DNA of 64,000 nucleotides from Patescibacteria group bacterium (GCA_049322955.1 JBMOPU010000033.1:784-64783), one strand, 5' to 3'. Shown: positions 27,813 to 39,200, numbered from the stretch's first letter. Notes: generated by a model from the sequence alone, not told the origin. Translations and numbers: made by a program.

Positions 27813-27884
27813 GGGCCAGTAGCTCAGTGGTAGAGCGCTATCCTTATAAGATAGATGTCCTTGGTCCGATCCCAAGCTGGCCCA
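27813..27884 (+). tRNA. tRNA-Ile(UAU), CCA not encoded
   Basis: Acceptor gggccag/ctggccc, D-arm gctc/gagc, anticodon arm ctatc-ctTATaa-gatag (27845-27847), T-arm cttgg-tccgatc-ccaag, discriminator A. Confidence 0.92.
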
Positions 27885-27886
27885 CT

Positions 27887-28381
27887 ATGAAAACCGTATC
27901 ACTAGAAGAAATCGAAACTATCGCAAAACAATTGGCTCAGGAAAAAAAACAATGGCATTATCATCTCCTGACTCCGACGTGTCAATTCAATGAAGCAACG
28001 AGTCACGCGTTCGTATTGGAGAATAGTTCTGACCAGGAATATTACGTGTATTATTCCGATGAGCCCGCGATGGCGTTAGGAAAACGCCTGTTGAGTATCC
28101 TGCATGGGGAAGACATCCTTGCCCAAAAAACAACTGACGTGCTCTCTCCCGCAATAGAAAATATCATCCGAAAAGCCCGGGAATTAAACACCGCCGAAAA
28201 ATTCTGGCACCATCATGTCTTTTTTCCAACGTGCAGATATAATCGTCATCCCGGGAAGTGGAATATTACCTTTGAAAATCAGCAGGAAAAGGAAGTGTTG
28301 GAAAGCTTGAGTGATACTAATCCGAAACAAGACCAGAAGGAAATCGAACGACTTTATTATCAGCAGAAAACGCTTACATAA
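27887..28381 (+). CDS. hypothetical protein with duplicated WHxH...PTC motif
   Basis: WHYHLLTPTCQFN and WHHHVFFPTCRYN; ATG right after the tRNA. Confidence 0.7.
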   Translation: MKTVSLEEIETIAKQLAQEKKQWHYHLLTPTCQFNEATSHAFVLENSSDQEYYVYYSDEPAMALGKRLLSILHGEDILAQKTTDVLSPAIENIIRKARELNTAEKFWHHHVFFPTCRYNRHPGKWNITFENQQEKEVLESLSDTNPKQDQKEIERLYYQQKTLT

Positions 28382-28393
28382 GCATTACATTGT

Positions 28394-28942
28394 ATGAAAG
28401 AACTCGTGGTTCTCGTTGACGAGCAAAATAATCCGATAGGAACGGCCGATAAAGATACGGTGCATACGATCGATACCCCTCTCCACCGGGCATTTTCGCT
28501 ATTTTTGTTTAACTCCAAAGGACAGGTACTCCTGACCAAGCGCGCATCAACAAAAAAAACGTTTCCCGGAGTGTGGACAAATACCGTATGCGGACACTTG
28601 GCTCCCGATGAAGATGTCGTGAGTGCGGCAACGCGACGACTTTCGGAAGAACTCGGCATTACGGGAGTTACGGTGAAAGAAGTTTCTTACTACCGTTACC
28701 GGTTTGCCGACCGAAACGGTATCATGGAAAACGAAATTTGTCCGATCACCGTCGCAACCTACGACGGAGATCCCCATCCGCACCCCGGTGAGGTTGATGA
28801 GTGGCGATGGACGGATTGGGAGGTGTTTCTTACGGAGTTAAAAAATAATCCCGAACCGTACTCGCCCTGGTGCAGGGAGGAAGCGGTTATCCTCACAACA
28901 AAACTTCCACCGATAAATCAGGAGTCGCATTCACTTCGGTAA
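28394..28942 (+). CDS. idi: isopentenyl-diphosphate delta-isomerase, type 1
   Basis: LHRAFSLFLFN, WTNTVCGH, ENEICP, YSPW. Confidence 0.93.
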   Translation: MKELVVLVDEQNNPIGTADKDTVHTIDTPLHRAFSLFLFNSKGQVLLTKRASTKKTFPGVWTNTVCGHLAPDEDVVSAATRRLSEELGITGVTVKEVSYYRYRFADRNGIMENEICPITVATYDGDPHPHPGEVDEWRWTDWEVFLTELKNNPEPYSPWCREEAVILTTKLPPINQESHSLR

Positions 28943-29999
28943 CCGGAACGGGTACCCCGCGAAAATGCGCGTAACTTGCGATATATACGGCGTTGTCCGT
29001 ACACAGCGACACCGGCGGTACATGGAAGTCTACCGGAGCGGCGAGTAGTGCTATTTTTTGAAGGAATTTCTCCCGCAGTCTCAGATTGGCGGACACGCCG
29101 CCGGAAAGGAGAATTGCTTTTGCGTTGTGGAGTGCAACGGCTTTCAGTGTTTTTTTGACCAATACGTCCGTTATCGTTTCCTGTACCTCATACGAAAGCG
29201 CGGCCACCATATCATCGGAAAGCAGGTGCTGTTCGCCAAGCGCGGTTACTTTTCGGAGTATGGCGGTCTTGAGTCCGCTAAAAGAAAAATCCAGGACATG
29301 CTCGTTTGAGAGCATGGGAATCGGGAGCGCCTTGCCGGGTAGAGGAGAGATGTCGGTTTTTTTATAGCGGGTAGCCGCCTCCTGTATGGCAAGCCCGCCT
29401 CCGTGTCCGAATCCCAGTAAGCGTGCCGTTTTATCAAAACATTCACCGGCCGCGTCATCAATCGTCCCTCCGAGCCATCGCATTTCCTTTTCGTTGTTGA
29501 GGAGATATAACTCCGTATGTCCTCCCGAAACCACCAGGGATATTGCCGGAAATTGTATGCCTGGCTTCTCATACGTTCCTGCGGTGTTATTTTCGTTACG
29601 TTGTTGAGGAGTAACGAAGTTGGCGTACATATGGGCAAGCACGTGATTGACGGGAATAATCGGTTTGTTGGTAACAAACGCAATCGTTTTTGCCGCCTCG
29701 ACGCCGACGAGCAGAGATCCGATCAGTCCCGGTCCCACGGTTACCGCTATGGCATCGACATGTTCGCGGATTTTTTCCATCATGCTCTGGGAAGCGTAGC
29801 CGAGCGGAAGCAGGCTTTCGGTGATTGTGGGAATGACGGATTCAAGTTGCATTCGTGCCGCGACTTCGGGTACGATACCGCCGTATTTTTCGTGCATCGC
29901 ATGACTGGTCGCCACGACGGTACTTATTATTTTCGTGCCGTTTTCTACGACGGCGGCGGCAGTTTCGTCACAGGATGATTCGATGGCGAGAATACGCAT
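28893..29999 (-). CDS. tsaD: tRNA N6-threonylcarbamoyladenosine synthesis protein TsaD
   Basis: IESSCDET, GGIVPEVAAR, NHVLAH, VSGGHT, DDAAGECFDK, FSFSGLKT, CTDNA. Confidence 0.96.
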   Translation of the reverse strand: MRILAIESSCDETAAAVVENGTKIISTVVATSHAMHEKYGGIVPEVAARMQLESVIPTITESLLPLGYASQSMMEKIREHVDAIAVTVGPGLIGSLLVGVEAAKTIAFVTNKPIIPVNHVLAHMYANFVTPQQRNENNTAGTYEKPGIQFPAISLVVSGGHTELYLLNNEKEMRWLGGTIDDAAGECFDKTARLLGFGHGGGLAIQEAATRYKKTDISPLPGKALPIPMLSNEHVLDFSFSGLKTAILRKVTALGEQHLLSDDMVAALSYEVQETITDVLVKKTLKAVALHNAKAILLSGGVSANLRLREKFLQKIALLAAPVDFHVPPVSLCTDNAVYIASYAHFRGVPVPVTEVNATPDLSVEVLL

Positions 30000-30153
30000 G
30001 GCCCTATTTTACTACAAGAGAACGGAAGCTACTCATACAGCGTCGCTGTAGCGGTACAATCATCGCGAAGCGCACAAGACGGAAAAAAAGATGCATTCGT
30101 TAGCACGTACGCTTTTACTATACGTGTGCGGAATCACCGCGTGTCGGTATCAC

Positions 30154-30570
30154 TTATTCAAGCTCAAGGAGCTTGGCAAGTTGTGAGGTGGATGGCGTAT
30201 GTATTTTGGGAATTACCGCGATGGTAGCCCCGATTGCCGCGGCGTGTTCCCGTTTTTTTTCTTCCATCGGATCGCCTTCGGTTATGGCGATGATGGAAGG
30301 TGCGATGCGGGTAACTAAATCCCGGTATTCCGCGTCGCTGTTCATCGGCGGCAATGAAATCACTTCGCTTACCGCAGATAGCGACAGAAGCATCGCCTTT
30401 CGTTGTTTCTGCGTATGAATCGGTCTGGTGGATCCCTTCATTTTTCGCACGTTTTCGTCCGATTCAAGCGCTACGACCAAATGGTCTCCGAGCGCCCGAG
30501 CCGCGGTCAAAAATTGGGTATGTCCGTAGTGAATAAGGTCAAAACATCCGCCGACCAATACGTTTTTCAT
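30154..30570 (-). CDS. HxGH cytidylyl/adenylyltransferase (RibL/TagD/RfaE family)
   Basis: GGCFDLIHYGH, RPIH, STS. Confidence 0.85.
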   Translation of the reverse strand: MKNVLVGGCFDLIHYGHTQFLTAARALGDHLVVALESDENVRKMKGSTRPIHTQKQRKAMLLSLSAVSEVISLPPMNSDAEYRDLVTRIAPSIIAITEGDPMEEKKREHAAAIGATIAVIPKIHTPSTSQLAKLLELE

Positions 30571-30571
30571 A

Positions 30572-31987
30572 TTATTGCGGCGTCACCCCGCGAAGATAGA
30601 CGGCTTGCCAAGGACGATAGTTGGAAGTGAAAACCGTATCCTGCAATACTTCGTTGCCCCGTGTTACTTTGTAGGCAAACGATGCCTTTGCGCCCCATGC
30701 CGCCCAATCAACCTGACGGACCACGCCCGGAGGAAGGGTGGGATCGTCCTGATAGGAAGGGGGAGGCGGCGGTACTTCGCCGCCGACGACATGATTTGTT
30801 ATTTCACTGCTTCTGCCGTCATGGGTGCCGTAGAGTTCAAAGGTCAGGGTCAAATTCTTGGTATCGGTCTTTGTTTGGATGAGTATATGTGCCGGGGTGT
30901 CGTTTTTGATTTTGAGATCAACGGTGGGAGAGAATACGGTGGCATCGATACCCGCTTTAAATCCGCCTTCTTCATAATAATGTACCCGATATGCGTGCGC
31001 GTGCCGTTCGACGATGGGAAGTCCCGCCGCAAGTGCCGATCGGAAGAGGGTCGTGCTTACCTGACACACGCCGCCCCCGTCTCCCAATACCGTTCTTCCT
31101 TCTTTGATAATGTATGCGGACTGATATCCGGTTGCCGCCGAAATATCCCCTATGGCATCAACGAACGAAAACGTTTCTCCCGGAGGGATGAGCACGCCGT
31201 TTAATCGGCTTGCCGCAAGCGCGACGTTATGGATTCTTCCCGGAATTGATCCGGTAAATTCCGAATATCCCCGACCGATAAGTTCCTTGATTCCGAACGA
31301 ATTGATTTTTTCGGTGGTGGCAGTGGGATGGATCGTGTAGACGGGAACGGCGATGACAATGTGGAGTTGTGGTGCATGGGGTAATGCTTTGACGGCGGAT
31401 TCAAACCGTGCCAATGCTTCCTCCTTTTGTACCGCCTGGCCGTTTTTCGACGCGCGAAACGCGGTTACCTTGCCGTTTTCAAACTGAAATAATCCTTCCT
31501 GAACGGGGACGTCTATCTGTTCCGCAAGAGAATTTACTGCTTCTTCCACAAGACCCGATTGCCATCGGAAATACGGCGTAAGTGCTATCGTGCCGCGGAG
31601 AAACTTGGTGGTAAAGTCCCGCAATCGGTTTCCGGTTCGTCCGATTTCATATGCCTGGGTAGCGGAAAGCGTTGCATCATACCCGAGATCAAGCGCGCTT
31701 CCCGAAACCGTCGCGATATGACCCTCATATTTGAACTCAAAAACCGCCTTGGCAAACGGGATGTTTTGGTTTTGCCAATATTGTTCGACTTCCTGGGGCG
31801 TTTTTCCGCCGACGCGGACTCCGTCAATAACGACGTTGGGGTAAATTTTCCCTTCGTAATACGCATCAAATGCGGAAAGACCGACGCCCAAAGAAACGGC
31901 GACAAGAATAACCCCGAGAAGTATCCCGCGAAGCAGGCCTCCGGTTGTGCCGGGATGCGATGTCCTCGCTTGAGAATCGTGTGTCAT
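30572..31987 (-). CDS. VanW/YoaR family protein with peptidoglycan-binding domain
   Basis: GGGVCQVSTTLF, ERHAH, GIDAT, DLKIKNDT; N-terminal TM. Confidence 0.9.
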   Translation of the reverse strand: MTHDSQARTSHPGTTGGLLRGILLGVILVAVSLGVGLSAFDAYYEGKIYPNVVIDGVRVGGKTPQEVEQYWQNQNIPFAKAVFEFKYEGHIATVSGSALDLGYDATLSATQAYEIGRTGNRLRDFTTKFLRGTIALTPYFRWQSGLVEEAVNSLAEQIDVPVQEGLFQFENGKVTAFRASKNGQAVQKEEALARFESAVKALPHAPQLHIVIAVPVYTIHPTATTEKINSFGIKELIGRGYSEFTGSIPGRIHNVALAASRLNGVLIPPGETFSFVDAIGDISAATGYQSAYIIKEGRTVLGDGGGVCQVSTTLFRSALAAGLPIVERHAHAYRVHYYEEGGFKAGIDATVFSPTVDLKIKNDTPAHILIQTKTDTKNLTLTFELYGTHDGRSSEITNHVVGGEVPPPPPSYQDDPTLPPGVVRQVDWAAWGAKASFAYKVTRGNEVLQDTVFTSNYRPWQAVYLRGVTPQ

Positions 31988-32015
31988 GCTATGATACATT
32001 GTACCGTACATTACT

Positions 32016-33590
32016 ATGGATCCAAAAGACCCACAAACGCCGGAGGCTCCTCCGGTTTCCGGAGGAATAGGGATCGCCGAGCCTATTTTTCAGGCTCCGC
32101 AGGAACCAGCGCCGGATACCATCGTCATCCCCCCGGTCGAGCCGGGAGCGCCGGTAACACCGGGTGCCGTATCGGCACCCGCGCCCGCTTCAGTACCGCA
32201 TGAAACGGTCAATCCGTTTATTCCGAACCTTGCCGTACCGCCCCAGCCGGCGGCGCCTACAGGAAAAAGCCCCGTGCTCCGTATGCTTCTCGTGTTTGGT
32301 GGCGTTATTCTCCTTATCGTGCTGGGTATTTTCGGCTATCGTGCTTTTGCCGGCGGCGCAACGCCGACACAAAAAGAAGTTACCTTAAACTATTGGGGAC
32401 TGTGGGAAAATGATGCGGTTACCCGCCAGATGCTGGCAGATTTCGAAACAACACATCCTGGAATCAAAGTACAATATACCTCCCAATCTCCCAAACAGTA
32501 TCGCGAGCGGTTGCAGTCGGCAATCAACAGGGGAGAAGGACCCGACATATTCCGTTTTCACAACACCTGGTTGCCCATGCTCAGAACCCAGCTTGCGACG
32601 GTTCCTCAGACGGTCATGACACCAGCGGAATTCAGTAGCACGTTTTTCCCCGTGATAAATAACGATCTTGTCGCCGGCAATACGATTTTCGGTATTCCGC
32701 TTATGATCGACGGGCTCGGGTTGTACATAAATGACGAACTTTTTGCGACGGCAGGAGTGACTCCTCCCACGACCTGGACGGATGTCATAAACCTTATTCC
32801 GCGATTAACGGTGAAAAACGGTACCGCCATAGTGACGGGAGCTATTGCGCTGGGTACCACAAACAATGTCGAGCACTTTAGCGACATATTGGCGGTAATG
32901 TTCCTCCAAAACGGCGCGAGTCTGAAAAAACCGATCGGAAAAGAAGCGGAAGGTACGCTCGTGTTTTATCGAAAATTTGCCGATCCTTCCGATCCGCTTT
33001 ATACCTGGAGTGACGGTATGGATAATTCTATTTCCGCCTTTGCATCTGGCAGAGTGGCGATGATAATCGCTCCGTCATGGCGGGCACATGAAATCGCCGT
33101 CATCAATCCGAAACTTCGCTTTCATATCAGTGCTATTCCCCAGCTACAGGGAAATGCCGTTGCGTGGGCGTCCTATTGGGTTGAGGGAGTTTCTTCAAAA
33201 AGTCCGAATCAGGCGGCCGCCTGGGAGTTTGTCAAATACTTAACAAGCAAGGAAACCGCGGCAAAGTTCTACACGGATGCGGCGGCAACCCGGTTATTCG
33301 GTGAGCCGTATGCCCGCATGGATCTCGCCAATACGATTATTGACGACCAGTATTTGGGGGCCTACGTCAAACAGGCGGTGTACGCGAGAAGTTTCCCCCT
33401 GGCGTCCAGAACCTTTGATAACGGCATAAACGACAAACTCATCCAATACCTAACCGACGGGGTCAACGGGATGACCACGGGCGGTTCTCCCACGCAAGTA
33501 CTGACGACCGTCAATCAGGGGTTCCGTCAGGTACTTTCTTCCTATGGCATTGCAACGGATGACGAACCTCAAACAAGTCCTGCCCCGTAA
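32016..33590 (+). CDS. membrane-anchored extracellular solute-binding protein (family 1, sugar type)
   Basis: Pro-rich N-terminus, TM, LNYWGLWE, GPDIF, FASGRVAM, AAWEFVKYL. Confidence 0.85.
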   Translation: MDPKDPQTPEAPPVSGGIGIAEPIFQAPQEPAPDTIVIPPVEPGAPVTPGAVSAPAPASVPHETVNPFIPNLAVPPQPAAPTGKSPVLRMLLVFGGVILLIVLGIFGYRAFAGGATPTQKEVTLNYWGLWENDAVTRQMLADFETTHPGIKVQYTSQSPKQYRERLQSAINRGEGPDIFRFHNTWLPMLRTQLATVPQTVMTPAEFSSTFFPVINNDLVAGNTIFGIPLMIDGLGLYINDELFATAGVTPPTTWTDVINLIPRLTVKNGTAIVTGAIALGTTNNVEHFSDILAVMFLQNGASLKKPIGKEAEGTLVFYRKFADPSDPLYTWSDGMDNSISAFASGRVAMIIAPSWRAHEIAVINPKLRFHISAIPQLQGNAVAWASYWVEGVSSKSPNQAAAWEFVKYLTSKETAAKFYTDAAATRLFGEPYARMDLANTIIDDQYLGAYVKQAVYARSFPLASRTFDNGINDKLIQYLTDGVNGMTTGGSPTQVLTTVNQGFRQVLSSYGIATDDEPQTSPAP

Positions 33591-33597
33591 GTGAACC

Positions 33598-34479
33598 ATG
33601 CGCGCCGTGTATCATCATGAACTCGCAACGCTCGCGTATGCGGATGTATTTGATTACCCCCTTACCAAAGAGGAATTGTCGTTGTGGCTTATAAAAAAAC
33701 GTGCGATGTCTCCTTCGTTTTTCCGGTATGTTTCTTTTCGTGACGGCTTCCTGACGCTTCCGAAAAGGCGTGCGTTGGTACAGCGTCGGAGAAAACGGGA
33801 AATGTATGCCAAAACAAAATGGGAGTTTATCCGAAGAGTTGCCCCGTTATTCCGTTTGGTTCCCACCGTGACGCTTGTAGGGGTTACCGGCGGGCTTTCG
33901 ATGAATAACGTAAAGCATGACGATGACATAGACTTATTTTTTATCGTCCGTCCCGGAACGCTGTGGCTCAGCCGTTTGATGCTTACACTTCTTGCGGAGG
34001 CGTTACGAATACGGCGGAGGCCGCAGGAAATCGCGGTCGCCGACAAGGTATGCCTTAATATGTTCATGGAAGAAGGATCGCTTGCACTTCCGCGAAACGA
34101 ACGTGATTTGTTTAGTGCGCATGAAGTGCTCCAGATGGTGCCGTTATGGCAGAGGGGGAATAGTCATCAAAAAATGCTGTCGAGTAATCGTTGGGTATCG
34201 CACTACCTTCCTAACGCCTGGCGACACAAAACGGGACATATGTCCACACGCGGGAAAAATACCCCGGACATCGCATGGTGGCGGTGTCTTTCTCCTTTAG
34301 AACCTATAGCAAAAGTTGCCCAGTTGCATTACATGCAAAAGAGGCGTACAAATGAAGTGATCCGATACGGTATGATTCGATTTCATCCTTCGGATGCCCG
34401 TCATTGGGTACGGGAAAAGTTGTCGTCCCGTTTTCAGCACTGGCATATCCCTCTTGACAACTTTTTTTATCACCGATAA
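33598..34479 (+). CDS. nucleotidyltransferase-fold protein (Pol-beta superfamily)
   Basis: VTGGLSMNN...DDDIDLF (hG[G/S]...DhD) motif. Confidence 0.65.
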   Translation: MRAVYHHELATLAYADVFDYPLTKEELSLWLIKKRAMSPSFFRYVSFRDGFLTLPKRRALVQRRRKREMYAKTKWEFIRRVAPLFRLVPTVTLVGVTGGLSMNNVKHDDDIDLFFIVRPGTLWLSRLMLTLLAEALRIRRRPQEIAVADKVCLNMFMEEGSLALPRNERDLFSAHEVLQMVPLWQRGNSHQKMLSSNRWVSHYLPNAWRHKTGHMSTRGKNTPDIAWWRCLSPLEPIAKVAQLHYMQKRRTNEVIRYGMIRFHPSDARHWVREKLSSRFQHWHIPLDNFFYHR

Positions 34480-34482
34480 AAT
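34454..34482 (+). promoter_or_regulatory. sigma70 promoter of groESL
   Basis: TTGACA-N17-TAAAAT. Confidence 0.85.
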
Positions 34483-34507
34483 AGCACTCACTTCGAAAGA
34501 CTGCTAG
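34481..34507 (+). promoter_or_regulatory. CIRCE element (HrcA operator)
   Basis: aTAGCACTC-N9-GAcTGCTAg versus consensus TTAGCACTC-N9-GAGTGCTAA, overlapping the groES transcription start. Confidence 0.88.
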
Positions 34508-34556
34508 TATTTTATACAAACCAGTAGTCATATATATATTTAAAAAGGAGGTAGTT

Positions 34557-34868
34557 ATGGCAAAACAAACCATCACACCGTTATTTGATAATGTCCTCAT
34601 TAAGCCTCTTGAGGCGGAACAAAAACTTCCCTCCGGGATCATTCTTCCCGATAGTGCAAAAGAAAAACCCCAGGTCGGAGAAGTCATGGCGGTAGGTCCG
34701 GGAACCGACGGATGCGACTGCGATGACAAAGAATGCCGCAAAGGTGCAATGGTCGTCAAAGTAGGGCAGAAAGTCATGTACAAAAAATGGGGCGGCAATG
34801 AGATTAAAGTGGACGGCAAAGAGTGGACCATCGTCGAACAGAAAGATATTTTGGCTATCGTCGAATAA
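34557..34868 (+). CDS. groES: co-chaperonin GroES
   Basis: PLFDNVLI, SGIILPDSAKEKP, VMAVGPG, DILAIVE. Confidence 0.97.
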   Translation: MAKQTITPLFDNVLIKPLEAEQKLPSGIILPDSAKEKPQVGEVMAVGPGTDGCDCDDKECRKGAMVVKVGQKVMYKKWGGNEIKVDGKEWTIVEQKDILAIVE

Positions 34869-34884
34869 TAAATCTTATTTATAG

Positions 34885-36549
<1,665 letters not shown>

Positions 36550-36578
36550 ATCCATCATAATGAATAACGAGTAATACA

Positions 36579-36607
36579 TAAAACCCCCGGAGACCCCGGG
36601 GGTTTTA
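36579..36607 (+). terminator. intrinsic terminator of groESL
   Basis: taaaacccccgg-loop-ccgggggtttta. Confidence 0.88.
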
Positions 36608-36623
36608 GTAGAAAAAGAAAAAT

Positions 36624-37208
36624 ATGAACTGGATGAATATTTTAGAAAATGCCTTGGGAAATGCCGCGGCAGATATCATGGTTGGGATATTAATTACTGT
36701 ATTTATTACTAGATATTTTGAAAAATTAGCAGAAAAGAAAAAAACAATTGGAGCCCTAGTGCTTGTCGAATCAGAGATTCAAGTAAACACACACATCCTT
36801 GAGGATGTACTATATGAATTGATTCCAGCATTTGAAAATGCTCATAAACGAGGTGCAACCGATGAAATTCATGTATTACCAACTGAATTTGAAGATGCGG
36901 CGAGGTTTATTCGAATTCCTATTGATGGACTACTTTATCAATCATATCGAAACGAAGAAGAAACGATAGGAGCCTTACAAAACCATGCATTGGCAGAAAG
37001 AATAATAAACTTATACACAGTGGAGTATCATTATAAAATTCAGACATCTTTTAAGATGGAACAGTTAAATTGGTTGTTACTTGATAACATTAAAACTAAG
37101 CTAGAAGAGAAGATTAAATTATCGAAAGAAATTGATAATGAAATAAAAAATGAATTAATTAAGCAGAGAGCCAGGAATACATTATTTGAGACGCTATTCG
37201 CTTTGTAA
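36624..37208 (+). CDS. AT-rich hypothetical protein with N-terminal TM
   Basis: 194-aa ORF, visibly lower GC than its flanks. Confidence 0.65.
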   Translation: MNWMNILENALGNAAADIMVGILITVFITRYFEKLAEKKKTIGALVLVESEIQVNTHILEDVLYELIPAFENAHKRGATDEIHVLPTEFEDAARFIRIPIDGLLYQSYRNEEETIGALQNHALAERIINLYTVEYHYKIQTSFKMEQLNWLLLDNIKTKLEEKIKLSKEIDNEIKNELIKQRARNTLFETLFAL

Positions 37209-37209
37209 A

Positions 37210-37842
37210 ATGGGAGATCATATATTACATACAATCAATGTTTACAACAAAACCGCGCCGGAGTATGTTGCAAAGGTGCAGAAATATGCTCCGATTCCCG
37301 AGCGGGAGAAGTTTATTGCGTCGGTAAAATCTGGCGGTACGGTGCTCGATGCCGGGTGCGGGTCGGGGCGGGATGCAAATTATTTTGCCTCTCTTGGGTT
37401 TGCGGTGACGGGTATCGATTTATCGACGGGGCTTTTATCCTACGCCCGCGAGCATGCGGATCCCGGTGCAAATTTTTTAGAAATGGATCTTCGGGACATC
37501 ACGCTTACGGGAGCGTTTGACGGCATATGGGCATGCGCCTCACTCTTGCATCTGATGCGAGAAGAAATTGTCCCCGTACTCCACAAATTTCACTCGCTCC
37601 TTACAACAAACGGCACGCTCTTTTTACTGATGAAAGAAGGTACGGGAGAAAAGCTCGTAACCAGCGGCACGATCGAAGGGGATACCCGATTTTTTACCTA
37701 CTATAGTGCTGAAGAATTAAAAAAATTGTTAGCTAGCGCGGACTTCACTATTACTGATCAATCTACCTGGGATCAAAAAGAGAGAAACGAAGAACGTCCG
37801 CACGAGGTGTGGATCTCCACCTTTGCTACAAAAACAGCATAA
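37210..37842 (+). CDS. class I SAM-dependent methyltransferase
   Basis: VLDAGCGSGRD, GIDLS, FDGIWACASLLH. Confidence 0.92.
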   Translation: MGDHILHTINVYNKTAPEYVAKVQKYAPIPEREKFIASVKSGGTVLDAGCGSGRDANYFASLGFAVTGIDLSTGLLSYAREHADPGANFLEMDLRDITLTGAFDGIWACASLLHLMREEIVPVLHKFHSLLTTNGTLFLLMKEGTGEKLVTSGTIEGDTRFFTYYSAEELKKLLASADFTITDQSTWDQKERNEERPHEVWISTFATKTA

Positions 37843-38317
37843 CAAGAAGTAGCCCAAGCCAGAACGACAAAAACAGCTTCGGATTGGTCGACCAATTTGC
37901 ACCGTCGATGTGTGCTGCAGAAAACGGATACAGCAATCGCGTGGCAAATTGTCCTTCATGGGTGGGGATATCGATCAGGATATGGGAAAGATATGCAAAC
38001 GAAAAAATCACCCATCGCTCGGGGAAGAGAAAATACATAAGGGCGGTAAAAATTCCCGCGCCCACCAGTGAGTGAGTGTTTCGATAAAATGTCGCGTCGG
38101 TGTTGTTGGTGAATTTATTGGAGAGCAGCAGGCGGGTATAGGTTTTGATAAAGGTAGCCTGCGGATATACGATAGCCTCCCGAAGTTTCAACGCATAAAA
38201 CGGGAGTATACCTAAAATGTCAGGGAGGGTTGCGGCGATTGCCGTAGGCACCATATCATTCGAGCCAAAACTTTTGGTTATGGCAATACCGCTGACGGCA
38301 TGATACAAAATATCCAT
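37826..38317 (-). CDS. membrane-bound metal-dependent hydrolase (YdjM-like)
   Basis: H...LPD...THS...SHILID...LLYPF motifs. Confidence 0.8.
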   Translation of the reverse strand: MDILYHAVSGIAITKSFGSNDMVPTAIAATLPDILGILPFYALKLREAIVYPQATFIKTYTRLLLSNKFTNNTDATFYRNTHSLVGAGIFTALMYFLFPERWVIFSFAYLSHILIDIPTHEGQFATRLLYPFSAAHIDGANWSTNPKLFLSFWLGLLLVMLFL

Positions 38318-38318
38318 T

Positions 38319-39200
38319 ATGATTCAATTTACCTTAGAAGAAATTATTACTCAAGACAACCTGGTACATCAGGGATTGCTTCACGTGCCGCCGCAGGCCA
38401 GCGGCAAGGTGCTCGTATGGATTCACGGACTCACCGGCACGTTTTACAGCAACGCCAAAAGCATGAACGGGTTTGCCGAGGAAGCGGCAAAACACGGCAT
38501 GGCGTTTGCCGCGTTCCATACCCGCGGTCATGATTATGTCACCAGTACCCACAAGATTGATCCGAATTCTCCGAAAGGTTATGTGCATGAAATGATCGGT
38601 GCGGGAGTGGAGAACTTCACCGACTGTGTGAAGGATATCGACGCCATCGTTTCCTTCCTTGCGGGGAAGGAACTTACGAAAGTGATTTTAATCGGACATA
38701 GCACGGGAGCCAACAAAGTTTGCTATTACGCGGGAACCGTTACCGACAACAGGCTTGCCGGAGTCGTATTATCCGGTCCTATGTCGGATCGGTATTCGGC
38801 AACGGATCCCGAAACCAACAAAAAGCATCGCGCGATTATGGAACAGAAAATCAACGAAGGGAAAGGCGATGAGTTGCTAACGGGGTTTGACTTTTTCCCG
38901 CTTACTCCCAAACGATGGATGAGTCTCTTAGCCGAAGGATCACCCGAGGATGTCTTTAATTATCATGATGAACAGGGCGCGCTTGCCACGTATGCACGTA
39001 TCACCGTGCCGTTGTTAGTCATGTTCGGGGGCAGTGACGAGCATGCCGACAGACCCGTACCCGAGATGCAAAAGGCATTTGACGCACATGCCAAGTCTTC
39101 CAAGTATAAAAGTGTAGTAGTTCCCGACGCTGATCACGGGTTCACCGGAAAAGAAAAAGTTTTTGTCGATGAAGTCGTCGCCTTTGCCGCATCACTATGA
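38319..39200 (+). CDS. alpha/beta hydrolase (DUF1749-like)
   Basis: IHGL, GHSTG nucleophile elbow, D...ADHGF. Confidence 0.88.
   Translation: MIQFTLEEIITQDNLVHQGLLHVPPQASGKVLVWIHGLTGTFYSNAKSMNGFAEEAAKHGMAFAAFHTRGHDYVTSTHKIDPNSPKGYVHEMIGAGVENFTDCVKDIDAIVSFLAGKELTKVILIGHSTGANKVCYYAGTVTDNRLAGVVLSGPMSDRYSATDPETNKKHRAIMEQKINEGKGDELLTGFDFFPLTPKRWMSLLAEGSPEDVFNYHDEQGALATYARITVPLLVMFGGSDEHADRPVPEMQKAFDAHAKSSKYKSVVVPDADHGFTGKEKVFVDEVVAFAASL

Noticed and set aside
27752-27886. N-terminal extension of the 209-aa ORF
   Set aside because: Overlaps the tRNA-Ile gene; the real start is probably 27887
27813-28942. Prophage or island integrated at the tRNA
   Set aside because: No integrase and no duplicated tRNA 3' end; the duplicated part is the 5' half
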